Program-made: the position numbers and the translations under genes
In this document: one piece after another, positions 42,267 to 54,235 of the stretch
Numbering within the stretch: position 1 is the first letter of the stretch
Layout: every line of letters starts with the position of its first letter
Source: Phoronis australis
Lineage: Eukaryota; Animalia; Phoronida
Assembly (NCBI GenBank): GCA_002633005.1
Contig: NMRA01000374.1
Coordinates: 62,001-126,000, forward strand
Reading direction: 5' to 3'
Length of the DNA: 64,000 nucleotides
Notes under the pieces: model-generated
Told to the model about the DNA's origin: nothing
Database searches by the model: none
Seen by the model: only the letters and a program-made list of their open reading frames with translations

Positions 42267-42606
42267 CATGCCATATTACACATGGGACAGAACTCATTGA
42301 AGAAATCTTGAGCTCTCTTTTTGAAACGAGAGTTCTTGAAATCAGACTTCGATTTTTTGTTTAGTTTTTGTTTAACTATGTTAGCCAAACCACTTTTTTT
42401 AGAATCTAACAACGTACTCAAATTTTCTTTTGATAACATTTCCAATATTGAAAGGCAAGCATCTTTTTCAGCAAAAGTTGATGACACCTTTTGATGCTCT
42501 TGGAGATGCCTGCTAAATTGCCGATAATCTTTAAAGGTAAAATTAAGTCCTTCATTGTAACATATTCCACATCTTCTTTTTCTATGTTTTTGCTGAATGT
42601 GTGGAT
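42092..42606 (-). pseudogene. Giant MULE-type gene, terminal exon: C2H2 finger plus PHD finger
   Basis: CGICYNEGLNFTFKDYRQFSRHLQEH (C2H2); FCPMC...SICCNTCNKWYHFSCVNL...WHGFSCDDIAC (PHD-like). A candidate intron gtatgt...cgctag lies at 42672-42607. Confidence 0.75.
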
Positions 42607-42828
42607 CTAGCGATGAATCATCAATGAAATAAAAGGTTTAGCAACTCCTTCCAAAATACAAATATCACATACCTGTATACCAGCTGTCAGGTGATTTGGT
42701 TCATAAATTTGTGTACCTTTCTATTTAATTTTTTGTTTTTGACAGTTGTGTGGTGACCACTTGAAGTAGATTCAGTTTCAGACTCAAGAACTACATCAAA
42801 ATTTTCATTGGAAAAGAAAGTGCTACAC

Positions 42829-43728
42829 TCACCGTCTGTTTTTTTGTTTTTTTGATTTAAGTATTGTGTTTCCAAATAATTTAATTCCTGATTCTAAAAC
42901 TTCTGTTAAATTTTTTCGTTTAGCTGGCCTGATCATTTTTCTCCCACAATGACTCTCATTTGATTTGTCATATTTTGGAACTTTTGGGCGATAAGGATCA
43001 AAACTTTCATCTACTTGCTCAATAAGTGGTTTCATCTCTGGCACAGGCCCACCCTTTCGTCTAAAACCGAGTCTGTGGGGAGCTACTAAAGCTGGACGAC
43101 CACAGCTAGTATTGCTACATATATAGGCAGAATGTAAAATGTTGAGGAGGGTTCCACTTTAACTCAAGTTTTCTGTTTCTTCAGTTGTAATAGGATGTGA
43201 GAAGGACAAATATGCATCCACATAATTAAAGACATTAGTCGCACCACTAGGCTGTATAATAGCATTTTGACTTAGGTAGTCAGGAATTGTTGGCACTGTG
43301 TCCATATACAAGTTAAAAAGTTTACTGGGGTCTCTTTCTTGGAATTTTGAGCATAGAACAGCAAATAAATATTTACAAAAATAAGGTTGTCCAGCGGTTA
43401 TAAATGCTGCGCATGTGCAAGTACACAGATCGATATTGCAGATATGTTCATCTCCCCCCAACTGATGTTGACAGTGCTGGGGAATGAATTCTTTTGTTTT
43501 ATTATGGTTAATTATGAGAAAGTCGCGAATGAGATTTTTCTGAATGCGAGACACACCAGCATGGACAGAGTAAGGGTGTTCAACAACACTACTTTGAGAA
43601 TTTAACGAGTCAAATTTAGTTAAGACATTTTTGTTTGAAGAGTATGAAATATCAATGTCATCCAAAATGTTATTCAAATCATCATCACCACAGTTGTCAT
43701 TTGAAAGGACACAATTTGAAATATCAAT
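42829..43728 (-). pseudogene. Giant MULE-type gene, SWIM zinc-finger segment
   Basis: CTCTCAAFITAGQPYFCKYLFAV (SWIM-like, H>Y). Same reading frame as the 745-aa ORF, separated only by single in-frame stops (TGA 43731-43729, TAA 43161-43159). Confidence 0.75.
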
Positions 43729-45966
43729 TCACTTTTTTTGACTAGCAGAAGTGTTGGAAGCAACTAAAAACCAACCATCAGAAACAGGGTTTAGACTACT
43801 TATATCGACAAAAGACCGAGAAATTGTACTCATAATATTTGTTTTCTTTGTTATTTTTTGGTTTTCTCTTTTGGATTCAAACGTATGAATTGGTTCACGA
43901 GTGAGAAGCCAAGACAAAAACTTAGTTACAAATTGACTCATTTTCCTATTGCATTTTCCCTGAAGGTCAGATTCCTGAATTTCTTTAAATTTTCTTTCAG
44001 TAATATTGTCAGTTAAAATAAGCGGATTTCTTTTTTCCTCATCTTTAACTGAATACAAAACTGAAGATGTGTAAGTATTAGTCCAATCACAATCAAACCA
44101 TCGTTCATCTAAATATTTACAAAAATTATCTTTGACAATTTGTGGAATTACCTCAGTGGTTATTACATTTTGAATACAGTTTTTGAAAGATGCAGCCAAA
44201 GAGTTATGCATATTTTTATTCCATGTTCTAAGGACTGTCTTAAACCCTGTTTCTAAGGGTCCAATGAACATTTTGAGATTGTTGTCAGTTTTGACGAATT
44301 CCCGAAAAGCATTAAGCGCATGATAATTACACAGAGAGGACTGAGAACCAAAGTCCTTAACAGCATTTAAAATATTTCTGGCTTTGTCATGCTGAATTAT
44401 CGGCCGAAAAGGTTCTAAATCAGAACAGGCACGTGTCCAAAAGAATACATTCCCGTCATCAAAAACATGCAATTGTCTGGGGTGAGAACATAATACGCTA
44501 GAGCACGGAACATTAGCAGCTATTATCTGTAATGTGAGTAGCAGAGAATCACTGGTTTCCACGTTACAGATAGATACTGCCCCAGCCCTACCCTTTCTGC
44601 TGGCATCGCAATAAGTCAGAAGAGCAGTTTTGAATCGCACTGACATAAAGTCATGTTTTATATCAAGACCACATACAACAGACCCAAATTTCCTTAAACA
44701 TTCCAAATTCTTAACCCCTGCCAAAACAATATGGTAATTCCTATCCACGTCGTCATTGCCCCGCTGAAATAGCAAAACAGACTCATAATTGCCCTCAATT
44801 ATTTTTTCCGTATCTCTCCAATCTGATTTTATTTCAATTTTGTCCCTTTTGGCCATAAGTAATGAAATCTGATGCTTGTCCACAGTTCTTGTTCGATTAT
44901 GAATTTGACCAAGTGGGTAATATGTTTTGCACTTTCCCTCAGATCCAAAATTAACAGAGTGAGACCTGAGTTCGGTTGACTGAATGACCTGGGCTGATAA
45001 TTTAGTCTCTGCTCTCATTCTGTCCCATGATGTTCTTGTGCTCAAAGAAGGCTTGCATTTTTCCTCCACAGGTTGAGTGGTGTGGTAAAATGAATTAGAT
45101 GACGATTCATAAACATCATACATGTCAATATTTTTGCTATTAATGACAAGTTTAATTACCCACTTGCATCTTAAATGATTATGATGAAAGATATCACCCT
45201 CTTTCAAATTGTCAAAAAATGTCCTATCACATCCGTGTACTTGATTGTAGTCATAGCATGAACGACATCTAATTTTGTCATCACTGTACCAATCACTAGA
45301 GTATTTGCGCGAACACACATCACACAGTTTATTACTAATCAAGCTACATTTGCAATTGGAACATTCCTGAGCACCGTTCAGTGAACTTCGAAGAGCACTA
45401 AGGAGCTCACCACAATCACTACGACATTGAGAAGTTGCACTTCCACACGATAAATTCCAAACAGCTACATTTTTTTCTTGATTACCAGTATATATAATTG
45501 TTTGGTCAAGACGGTTTGTCGTGCCCCAGTTTTCGTGTTCATTAACTGAAACCTGTGGAGTACTTTTATGATATTTAACAAAAGTATTCTTGCGGTCCAA
45601 ATAACGAACTCTCTGTTTCAGTTGAAACTGGAACTCCTCTTCAACGTAATCTAAGGTATCAGGGCCAACACGGACTTGACCTATATGAACCCAGGGAACT
45701 AACCATTTTCTGCAAACAGGACTATTTAAATAAGCTTGAATATCTTCAAAAATTTGATCCCTAAGAATGTTTTCAGAGAAACTAAATATTTTGAAGCATG
45801 ATTTCCCAGTTTTAAGCCAAAAGGTAACCTTAATTCGCATGAAAATTGCCTTTTTACCAGATTCCAGTTTACAGTCACCAGCTAAATCCATTTCGGATAT
45901 AGTTGGTGCCTGCAGTAATATGTCTGATAAATGTTGCCAATTTGGAACAAAATTTAGGAGTCTCAA
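43729..45966 (-). CDS. Mutator (MULE)-type DDE transposase core with upstream Cys-rich region (745 aa; part of a broken longer gene)
   Basis: VCGLDIKHDF...TALLTYCD...G...AVSICNVE (D1), IIQHDKARNILNAV (D2), LCNYH (CxxH), FCKYLDERW, LTDNITERKFKEIQ...GKCNRKM (E): the MULE signature spacing. Confidence 0.75.
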   Translation of the reverse strand: MRLLNFVPNWQHLSDILLQAPTISEMDLAGDCKLESGKKAIFMRIKVTFWLKTGKSCFKIFSFSENILRDQIFEDIQAYLNSPVCRKWLVPWVHIGQVRVGPDTLDYVEEEFQFQLKQRVRYLDRKNTFVKYHKSTPQVSVNEHENWGTTNRLDQTIIYTGNQEKNVAVWNLSCGSATSQCRSDCGELLSALRSSLNGAQECSNCKCSLISNKLCDVCSRKYSSDWYSDDKIRCRSCYDYNQVHGCDRTFFDNLKEGDIFHHNHLRCKWVIKLVINSKNIDMYDVYESSSNSFYHTTQPVEEKCKPSLSTRTSWDRMRAETKLSAQVIQSTELRSHSVNFGSEGKCKTYYPLGQIHNRTRTVDKHQISLLMAKRDKIEIKSDWRDTEKIIEGNYESVLLFQRGNDDVDRNYHIVLAGVKNLECLRKFGSVVCGLDIKHDFMSVRFKTALLTYCDASRKGRAGAVSICNVETSDSLLLTLQIIAANVPCSSVLCSHPRQLHVFDDGNVFFWTRACSDLEPFRPIIQHDKARNILNAVKDFGSQSSLCNYHALNAFREFVKTDNNLKMFIGPLETGFKTVLRTWNKNMHNSLAASFKNCIQNVITTEVIPQIVKDNFCKYLDERWFDCDWTNTYTSSVLYSVKDEEKRNPLILTDNITERKFKEIQESDLQGKCNRKMSQFVTKFLSWLLTREPIHTFESKRENQKITKKTNIMSTISRSFVDISSLNPVSDGWFLVASNTSASQKK

Positions 45967-46286
45967 TGGAGCTTTTTAGAACTGCTATCAATCCACTGAA
46001 CAAATTCTTGGCTATTAAGGTAATTTTGTATGAGTTGAACTGCTGACTTAAGATCATCAGTGCGGGCTCCAAGGAAGCCAAGTCGCTTTACTGATTTTTT
46101 ACCACTGTTGGTATGACAGGATAATCTGTATGAGTTTTTGTCAACATAAACTTTTGGTGTGCCCCTCACAAGATGAGAAATTTGCTTGAAGTCTAAAGAA
46201 TTATTAATGAAATTACTAACACTGTCACATTTAGCAGAATTTGTTACTTTACACTTACTACTCGGTCTGTTGTCATTACTGCAGTG

Positions 46287-46334
<48 letters not shown>

Positions 46335-47926
46335 ACTATAATTATTATTGTTATTACAACTATCTTCAGTAGTTTTGCTATTGCAGCTCTTTTCACTACA
46401 CATAGTTGATTTTATGTCCGAATGCCCATGGGCATTACCTTTCAAAGGCGAAGCATTCCAACCGTTACTATCAATTTTGTTTGTACGTGTACATGCAGTC
46501 CTGCGCAGCGTAAGTCTGCTTTTTAATAACAAATTGTCCAGACAAATCTTCTTGGTCATTAGCCAGTTAATCAAAATAAATCTGCACATTTTTGATTGAT
46601 CAGAGATGTTGCAAATATGTTTCAAGTTTTGAACAGACTCACCATGTACTAACTTAAGGAAACTAGCATTGTCAAAGGCCGCAATAACCATACAAATAAT
46701 GACGGCAACTCCACATGCTGTCCCACAACTTTGGTAAGGATAAGTTAGGGAACATCTCAAACTACGTCAGGAATGAAGAGGAACATACTGAGTACCTCGA
46801 CTACTCAATTCAACACATGCTGGATTGTGAGCCAAAGTTATTTTGCCTACTTTTTTTCCTAAAATGCGAAGAAGTAGAGTAAATCTGGTCATAAAATCTT
46901 TAGGAATATCCCAGCCATTAGTATCACAATAAATGAAGCTTTGACTTGACCAAGTGAATACACCAAAAACCCAGTGATTAGCTGATTTACCTTCTTCATT
47001 AAAATTTTGGAAAGTTGAGCGGTCTGAATTGACACCCACATGAAGCACAAATATGATTTTAAAATCTGATGAACACTGCTTACGACGAGATTCTATTTCT
47101 ACTTTTAATGTTTCCAAGCTATCAGTTGAATTGAACAAATGACAAAATACATTTTTGTCCTCCGCATTCACAAAGTTTGCAAATTTTGAAATTATTTCAT
47201 CATTGATCCACCTGTCACAAGCAAGATCCCCAACATCTCTCAACAGCATATTGTAATCCAAAAACTTATCACCAGGTTTGCTGTTCAGTAATATATCTCT
47301 GAATTTCAAAATCATGGCTGCATCAATTGGTTTATTGAATTTGTTATTCACGAAGGAATCAATATTAGAAAACCAACTGTTTTCCCTGTTTACATTATGT
47401 GAAATCTTTTTTGCCTCATGCAAATTTTGAAAATACTTCAAAGCTTTTTTTGAAAACACACCATATGGTAATTTCACTGCATTAGAATTAGTTCTTTCTA
47501 ATAGCTGAAGAGCATCTATAATCTTATTTTCAGAGGGCATTGAAGCTGACTGCTCAGCATTAGAAATGCTTTCAAGAGAACTTACAGAGCATGGTTGCAA
47601 TGGTCTTGCAGAATCAACCACAAGTGGAAATTTATATGCACCAATTTCTCGTCTACTTCAAACAGAAGTAATATACGTGTAGTGTTCTCTAGTGACATCA
47701 TCATCATCATCCTCATAATCACCATCATCGTCACTAATAATCACTTCTTCACCCCCACCCCCATAACACCTTTTGGAAGACATAAGATCATGACATGCAA
47801 CATCCTCAACTACATTCTTAACAACAACATCACAAGGAGCAACTGAAGTAAAGAACCAACGAATATAAGAAAAAGAAACTAACAGCCCAGTAATAACCGC
47901 TTCCTCAACTGCTTTCCAATCATCCT
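45963..47926 (-). pseudogene. Giant MULE-type gene, N-terminal part: acidic stretch, Ulp1/C48 cysteine protease, poly-Asn
   Basis: RWINDEII, NHWVFGVF, FIYCDT and YPYQSCGTACGV give a His-Asp-(Gln)-Cys C48 catalytic set, split by a frameshift near 46770-46800. (TTA)n at 46288-46354 encodes poly-Asn. Confidence 0.75.
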
Positions 47927-48444
47927 GCTGTAAACAAAAGTATGGCAATTTACATGTATTGTATATCCTACATGGATAATCAAATGAAGTAATACACAGA
48001 AAAATCAGGTCCCTAAACTGAGAATAGAATCATACGTTACCAGATTGCCTGTCAGGTGATCCAGTAATTTGGGGATCTGTGGTTAGGTTTCCCGCTGAGG
48101 CACCTGAATTTTCTGTTTATATGATCATTTGATTTATTCTACAACATCAGTGTCTACATGATGCTATCATGAAGTGATTGTTGCTTGATACTTCAAGGAT
48201 TAGTAAATCTTGCTACGTTTTCATCAAAAATACTTGGAATAATTAAAGTAGTGGTGTCATAGAAAGCATAATGTGTGAGTTATATGTTTTCACCAGAAAA
48301 TCCCAGAAACAAGCAGGTGCGCCTATTTGTGCAATTATGTGACTTTTTGTAACACCTTGTTTCTCAAATGTCCCAAATTTAGCAGCATGCATCTAAATTC
48401 TGTGCTTAATGTTGTATAGTAATGGGATAGTTTATAGACTTACG

Positions 48445-48641
48445 TAATGAGCTGACTTCATGTGAGTCAATATTCCTGTAAGATCATTGCCATGAAGATA
48501 TCTACAAGAATGGCATGATGGCCTATTGACGTGTATGTTGGTGGTTTTTGGCTTCCTGCTCTTCGGTTGCATCTTGGTCATCTGATTAAGTACATGTTGA
48601 CCTAGTTGTGAGCCATTGCATTCCCGCTGGACAGATTCATT
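48445..48641 (-). CDS. Candidate upstream exon of the giant transposase gene with a C2H2-like finger
   Basis: ttttcag|...|gtaagt; CHSCRYLHGNDLTGILTHMKSAH. Further small candidate exons lie at ~48041-48105 and ~48910-48977. Confidence 0.45.
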
Positions 48642-50498
48642 CTGAAAACAAGTTCGTGAGGAAAAACATACAGGGTAATAAGAATGATTACACACTAACT
48701 GATTTCCTATCATTTTAATTTAAACAGTAGTTTGTCAAGAAATGTACTTTGCTGGTTAAACAGAAGGAGTAATCCCCACTTACATGTATGCCAATTTAAT
48801 GATGAGATTGAGTTGAAAAAAGTGAAGAATAAAGAATACTAGCAAGTAGAAGCAGTATTAGTTAACCTTAAACAACACCTGAAACATCATCAATGAGTCT
48901 GTGACTTACCCCCATCGCCCGACAGTTGTCAAAAAGAGACGAGACACCTGGCTTGCGTTGATGAACAGGAAACTGCAATATGAGTAGTAACTCCAGGTCA
49001 GCAGGTGTGTGTACCAGGGGGAAGGAGATGTGACCCTCAAAAGTGTTACTTTTTGATGACAAAACCTCTCCACAAGATACTACTATCAAACAAAACAGTC
49101 TCCAAAGGGGTACATTGTATGAGTTTATGGAACAAAACTGTCTAAATGTATGGCTTTTCACACTAACTATAAATTGTACCTCACTGCTCGGTTATTCAGT
49201 GATTTAATATGTTTCTTTTTATAAAACTGTTTTGCCTAATCAACAGATTCAGTGATTGGCTTAGTTTTGTCTCTATTACATACAAACATACATCTTTATT
49301 TACACTCATGCATTCACTAATACAAACATTAGCCAAAGGCTAGTACCATGAAGCAACGTATTAAAACGACAACAAAAAAGGAGTATTTACAAATGTACAA
49401 ATATATAAAAACATCAAAAGACACTAATAATGGAGAAGCTGACTAACAAAATCTTACATAATCTAGACCGCTGCAAAGTATAGTGAGGTGTTTGCACAGT
49501 AAAAAAATTAATAGATGTCGATAAATACGTGTACATAATGACAACACTGAGATATAATATGAACTGAACATATGCATTTACCATAAAAGTAGCAGATACA
49601 CAACAGTAAGGTTTGACCAAAGGCATTACAACCAGTTCAATGCCCTTGCATCGCTCTTCTCGCGCCTAAAAAATTTTGACTTCAAGAAACGTAAGTCGCC
49701 ACCTCTGGTGANAAAGCAGGAAATTTCAAGGAATTGAGTTACAGAATCAGAAAGGCTGACTGCAGTGAAAACATAATAGGTGACTCTACAGGCATCGCAC
49801 TTCACACAGGTTATAAGCAATACAAACCTGTATCTTACCTGACCAGCATGCACCAATATATCTAGTGACAGAAAGTATAACATTGTATCAACCAGAATAT
49901 TACAGTGTAGCTAGTGTAGCCCAGTGATTTATTGCACTGCTGACTCGCACTCATCTCACACCTGAGTTTAATGTTCACTTGGCTCAGCTGGCAGACAATG
50001 AGCGCTGCACTCAGCATCAGTTTTATTAAAAATGTCTGAAGTGACACAAACCGTGAAACATGTTCTCACACGGTTCACGACAGGTAATGTATCATTCTAC
50101 AAAAAGACGTTATGAAAAATTAGGGTGCGTACATGACAGCCAAAATGTCAAGTGCGGAAGTCGCACAAAAATCAGAGTGTGTAGACAGATTATCAAAACG
50201 TCACCATTCACAGAGAACACAACACTATACCACTGGTTCAGTTGAGTGAGACGCAAACCAGTCTCAAACCAAACTCAAATATAATGAAAATGATCTCAAG
50301 GAGGCAAAAAATGCATCAAATTTGCCCAAACTTGAGATATCGCCATTGTCTTCTTAGCACATATCAATTTGCAATCCTCTCCCATGTAGTCTTTCAGAGC
50401 ACTTGGTAGATACCGAGGCAAATGTGAAAAAATGAATTTACCACTAGTATAGGGGTTGTATCAGTAATCACATCGATCCAAAACTAGTGAACTCAGGA

Positions 50499-50933
50499 GA
50501 TACAGTAATGGACTTGTGACGCTGGACAGAGATGACTACAATATACACCCACACATATATGTATGTGGGTGAATTAAAAAATCAAGAGTGTCATAAGTAT
50601 ACCTATACCCAAACTCCACAGTACCCAGATAGTTGCAGTAAGTAGGCCTTAGTGCACAAAAACATAAAAAACAGAAGAACCATGACGAACAAATACACCT
50701 ATTGCATCACCCACCCACACATGGCGTGGGCAGAAAATACAACTTGGATCTACACACGCTAATTTTCTGGACTTGTGGGACAAGCAATATCATCACAACT
50801 GAAACAATGCCATGGGACATTTCCAGGTGGTGCATTTTCTTCAAGCAAATTGACACCGCTGAAATGATACCATTTGTTACAGGAGTTGCAGCAAATAGAT
50901 GGTGAAACATCTTCTGATTCATTTGCATCCAAA
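50499..50933. repeat. Direct repeat copy B (duplicate PHD/3' end)
   Basis: Same sequence as 41831-42266, offset 8,668 bp; ends abruptly at the satellite. Confidence 0.9.
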
Positions 50934-52508
50934 AAAAAACCTAAGCCTATAGTCCAGGGTTTTTTGGGGTCCGAAAAATTTTTTGTCTTCAATTTCAAAA
51001 ATTCTTTATCAGATAGACATGGAATGCTGAGAAACTAAACGCCACCAAGTTTGAGTTCGNACTGGACCATTAATGAGGTCACACAACAGGATCAAAGTTA
51101 AAAAACGTCATTTTTAGACCTAAAAAATTTTTTGACTTCGATTTCAAAACTTCTTTCATTCTTGGAAAGCCCTTTACTTACTGACTCCACAAAAAGTAAG
51201 TCGCCACCTCTGGTGAGCCCTGATAAGGTCACACCGGTGAATCAAAGTTGGAAAATTGGGGGGGAGTCTGTGACGTTGGCCTTAAACCTTGACCCCAGAT
51301 AAGAGAGGGGCCTACGAGTAAGACGCGTTTGAAAACTTGCACTTTACCATGCTTTGAAAATGTCTCGGTTTGGTAGTCTTCAGGTTATTGGTCAAGGAGA
51401 TACGACTTCCCAAAGTATAGTTCAATTTGGAACAACGTTTCTGATATTTTGAAAAGGGGTAGGTCAATTTGGGGCACTCCTGGGCCCTTACTAAGACCAG
51501 AAAAAATACGATATAAACATTTTTAGAAAGAAGAGACAAGGGGCTATCAGATGCAAAACGAATTTTTGAAATCGAAAACAAAATAATTTTATACCCAAAA
51601 AGGACCCTTGGGTGGGTCACTTTGGTGGGCCGCTATGACCTAATTAGTGGGCCGATCACGCTGAAACTTGGGGGCTGACCATTTGGATGATTGGCCTTTC
51701 AAATAAAAGCAGAAACTTTAAATTCGAAAACAAAAAGTTTTTCGACCAAAAAAAAAACAAAGCCTGTAGTCTATGGTTTTTTGGGGTCCGAAAATTTTTT
51801 TGTCTCCAATTTCAAAAATTCTTTATCAGATAGACATGGAATGCTGAGAAACTAAACGCCACCAAGTTTGAGTTCGAATGGACCATTAATAAGGTCACAC
51901 AACAGGATCAAAGTTAAAAAACGTCATTTTTAGACCTAAAAAATTTTTTGACTTNTCAAACAAAAGCAGAAACTTTAAAATCGAAGACAAAAAGTTTTTC
52001 GACCAAAAAAAACCAAAGCCTGTAGTCCATGGTTTTTTGGGGTCCGAAAAATTTTTTGTCTCCAATTTCAAAAATTCTTTATCAGATAGACATGGAATGC
52101 TGAGAGACTAAACGCCACCAAGTTTGAGTTCGACTGGACCATTAATAAGGTCACACAACAGGATCAAAGTTAAAAAACGTCATTTTTAGACCTAAAAAAT
52201 TTTTTGATTTCGATTTCAAAACTTCTTTCATTGTTGGACAGCCCTTTACTTACTGACTCCAAAAAAAGTAAGTCGCCACCTCTGGTGAGCCCTGATAAGG
52301 TCACACCGGTGGATCAATCTTGGAAAATTGGGGGGGAGTCTGTGACGTTGGCCTTAAACCTTGACCCCAGATAAGAGAGGAGCCTACAAGTAAGACGCGT
52401 TTGAAAACTTGCACTTTACCATGCTTTGAATATGTCTCGGTTTGGTAGTCTTCAGGTTATTGGTCAAGGAGATATGACTTCCCAAAGTATAGTTCAATTT
52501 GGAACAAA
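50932..52508. repeat. Complex higher-order tandem repeat (~205-bp unit x3 and ~300-bp unit x2)
   Basis: Unit A starts at ~50932, ~51748 and ~52005; unit B at ~51139 and ~52209. A fragment of it also occurs at 49665-49711. Confidence 0.85.
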
Positions 52509-52621
52509 GGTCTCTCACGAGGGTTTAGCGTTATGGATGTAGTGTGATTGGCAATTCTGTGGACTGTTTCTGCCCCAGTACAATAAAATGTGACAGTATG
52601 CGGTGGATCGAACAGATTACT

Positions 52622-52920
52622 ATGTCGAAGCGAATTCTGATCCTTGGGAGCAGCCACGTACGTCGACTCCGCGACTACAAGTTGCGAGAGCCGTCCGACG
52701 AACTTCACCTTCGACTTGTCTTTGATCCTATTGTCAAGATTCATGGTGTTGGTGGAGCCACCAGGTCACTATTTACATGAACTCCATGTGGTATCCAGTT
52801 TCCGGCCAGATGTCGTCATTCTGCACATCGGTGGGAATGATTTGTCGACGGACGAACCGCCCCACGTTCACAGGCGTCTGGTTCGGATGATTCCCCGTCT
52901 GAAAGAGGACTACGGTGTGC
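52622..52920 (+). pseudogene. SGNH/GDSL hydrolase fragment of retroelement type (DIRS/Ngaro or LINE ORF1 esterase)
   Basis: ILILGSSHVRRL (block I), HGVGGAT (block II), PDVVILHIGGNDL (block III); one frameshift; truncated. Confidence 0.75.
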
Positions 52921-52922
52921 GG

Positions 52923-53195
52923 GCTCAGATTCCTATGAAGCGCAACCTTCCACGTTATGGGAATCCCGATTTTTTAACGAGTTTTCCCTCAAGTATTCTT
53001 TAAAATTCCTATCAGACTCAGATTCCTATAACGCGCAGGCTTGCGCAATATAGGAATCCTGATTTTTACGGGTTTTCTCTCAAATATTCTTTAAGATTCC
53101 TATTAGGCTCAGATTCCCATAACGCGCAGGCTTGCGCAATATAGGAATTCCCGAATTTTGAACGAATTTGCCCTCAAATAATCTTTAAAACGCCT
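52923..53195. repeat. Three ~92-bp tandem units, each with a hairpin
   Basis: ctcagattcc(t/c)at(a/g)a.gcgc...taggaat at ~52923, ~53017 and ~53108. Confidence 0.75.
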
Positions 53196-53582
53196 ATAAC
53201 ACCGAGAGACATAACAGGCAAACAAATCGAATCAGTAGCTTTATTTCGAGGCCGCATGTCTCATCATCGGGCAATGAGTGAAACGAACATATAAGAAGGG
53301 AAATAATCAGTGAAATACACGGTGAAAGCAAGTAGAAGGGTATACAAGCATAGAGTGTGAATGTATCACACGATAGGAAGCCCACGAGCCTAACAAAACA
53401 GAGTCAGCGTGCGGTAACACCTGTGAGATGCTCATTCAGCACAGGTTTTTCGTGACTGACCAATAGTGATTCCAAGATCTTTAACGGAAATGTACATGTC
53501 ATTTTCAACGAAGCGAATAATGGTATTGTCCACAATTTCTTGTCTAGTTGTTTTTCGGCCATGTTGGTGTAAAAAAATATCC

Positions 53583-53683
53583 TGAATGGTCCCGCCCTGC
53601 AAGTACATGGACAACCGTCGGGAGAGGGAATACACAGTGTGTTCAATGTAACGCTGTTCACGGTTGCAGAGCGGGTCCATTCA
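53583..53683. mobile_element. Tiny inverted-repeat element
   Basis: tgaatggtcccgccctgcaa ... ttgcagagcgggtccattca. Confidence 0.5.
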
Positions 53684-54235
53684 AAATCAACTGCCCTTGT
53701 GATATGTTAAATACACGAGCTTTTGTGCAACATATCTTTGTTTCATTTTATTCCACACGAGCACTAATTAATTATTACTAAACATTTTATGTCCCCAAAT
53801 TATGTGCCCCCATCGGAAACCCCTATCATTTTTTTACGTATCCCAGTCGACTTGTGTATTGACATCATCTTTGTGATCAGCACATTGCCGTAATAACCAC
53901 AGTCTGAACAGCTGATCGTCGGTTTGGATGGTCAAAAATTTTGACTAACTACTTTTAAATAGTTTTCTAATGGAACATCACCAATATTAGAAACATCGCC
54001 AACTTTAGGCATCAATGTCGATTGATAACGCAATTACTAACCAAAACAATCGTGTCAGGTAAAGCACCCAACACATTGAACAGCGGCGTAGATCTGCGAT
54101 AGGACGCTATCGATTCATCCACGGCGAACCAAGTTTCAAAATATTTGAACCCATGTAAAACTCCGTACAGCAGCTACGTTTCGTACTAAATCTGACAAAG
54201 ATAAACTTGCCAAACTCTGTGTTAGAAAAACATTT

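Noticed and set aside
50932-53195. Repeat arrays as a possible CRISPR locus
   Set aside because: The units are long and the intervening sequences are themselves repeated; the context is eukaryotic and there are no cas-like ORFs.
53240-53275. Degenerate hammerhead-like ccgatgatgag...ctcgaaa on the minus strand
   Set aside because: The core CUGA is mutated, and stems I and III cannot be formed convincingly.
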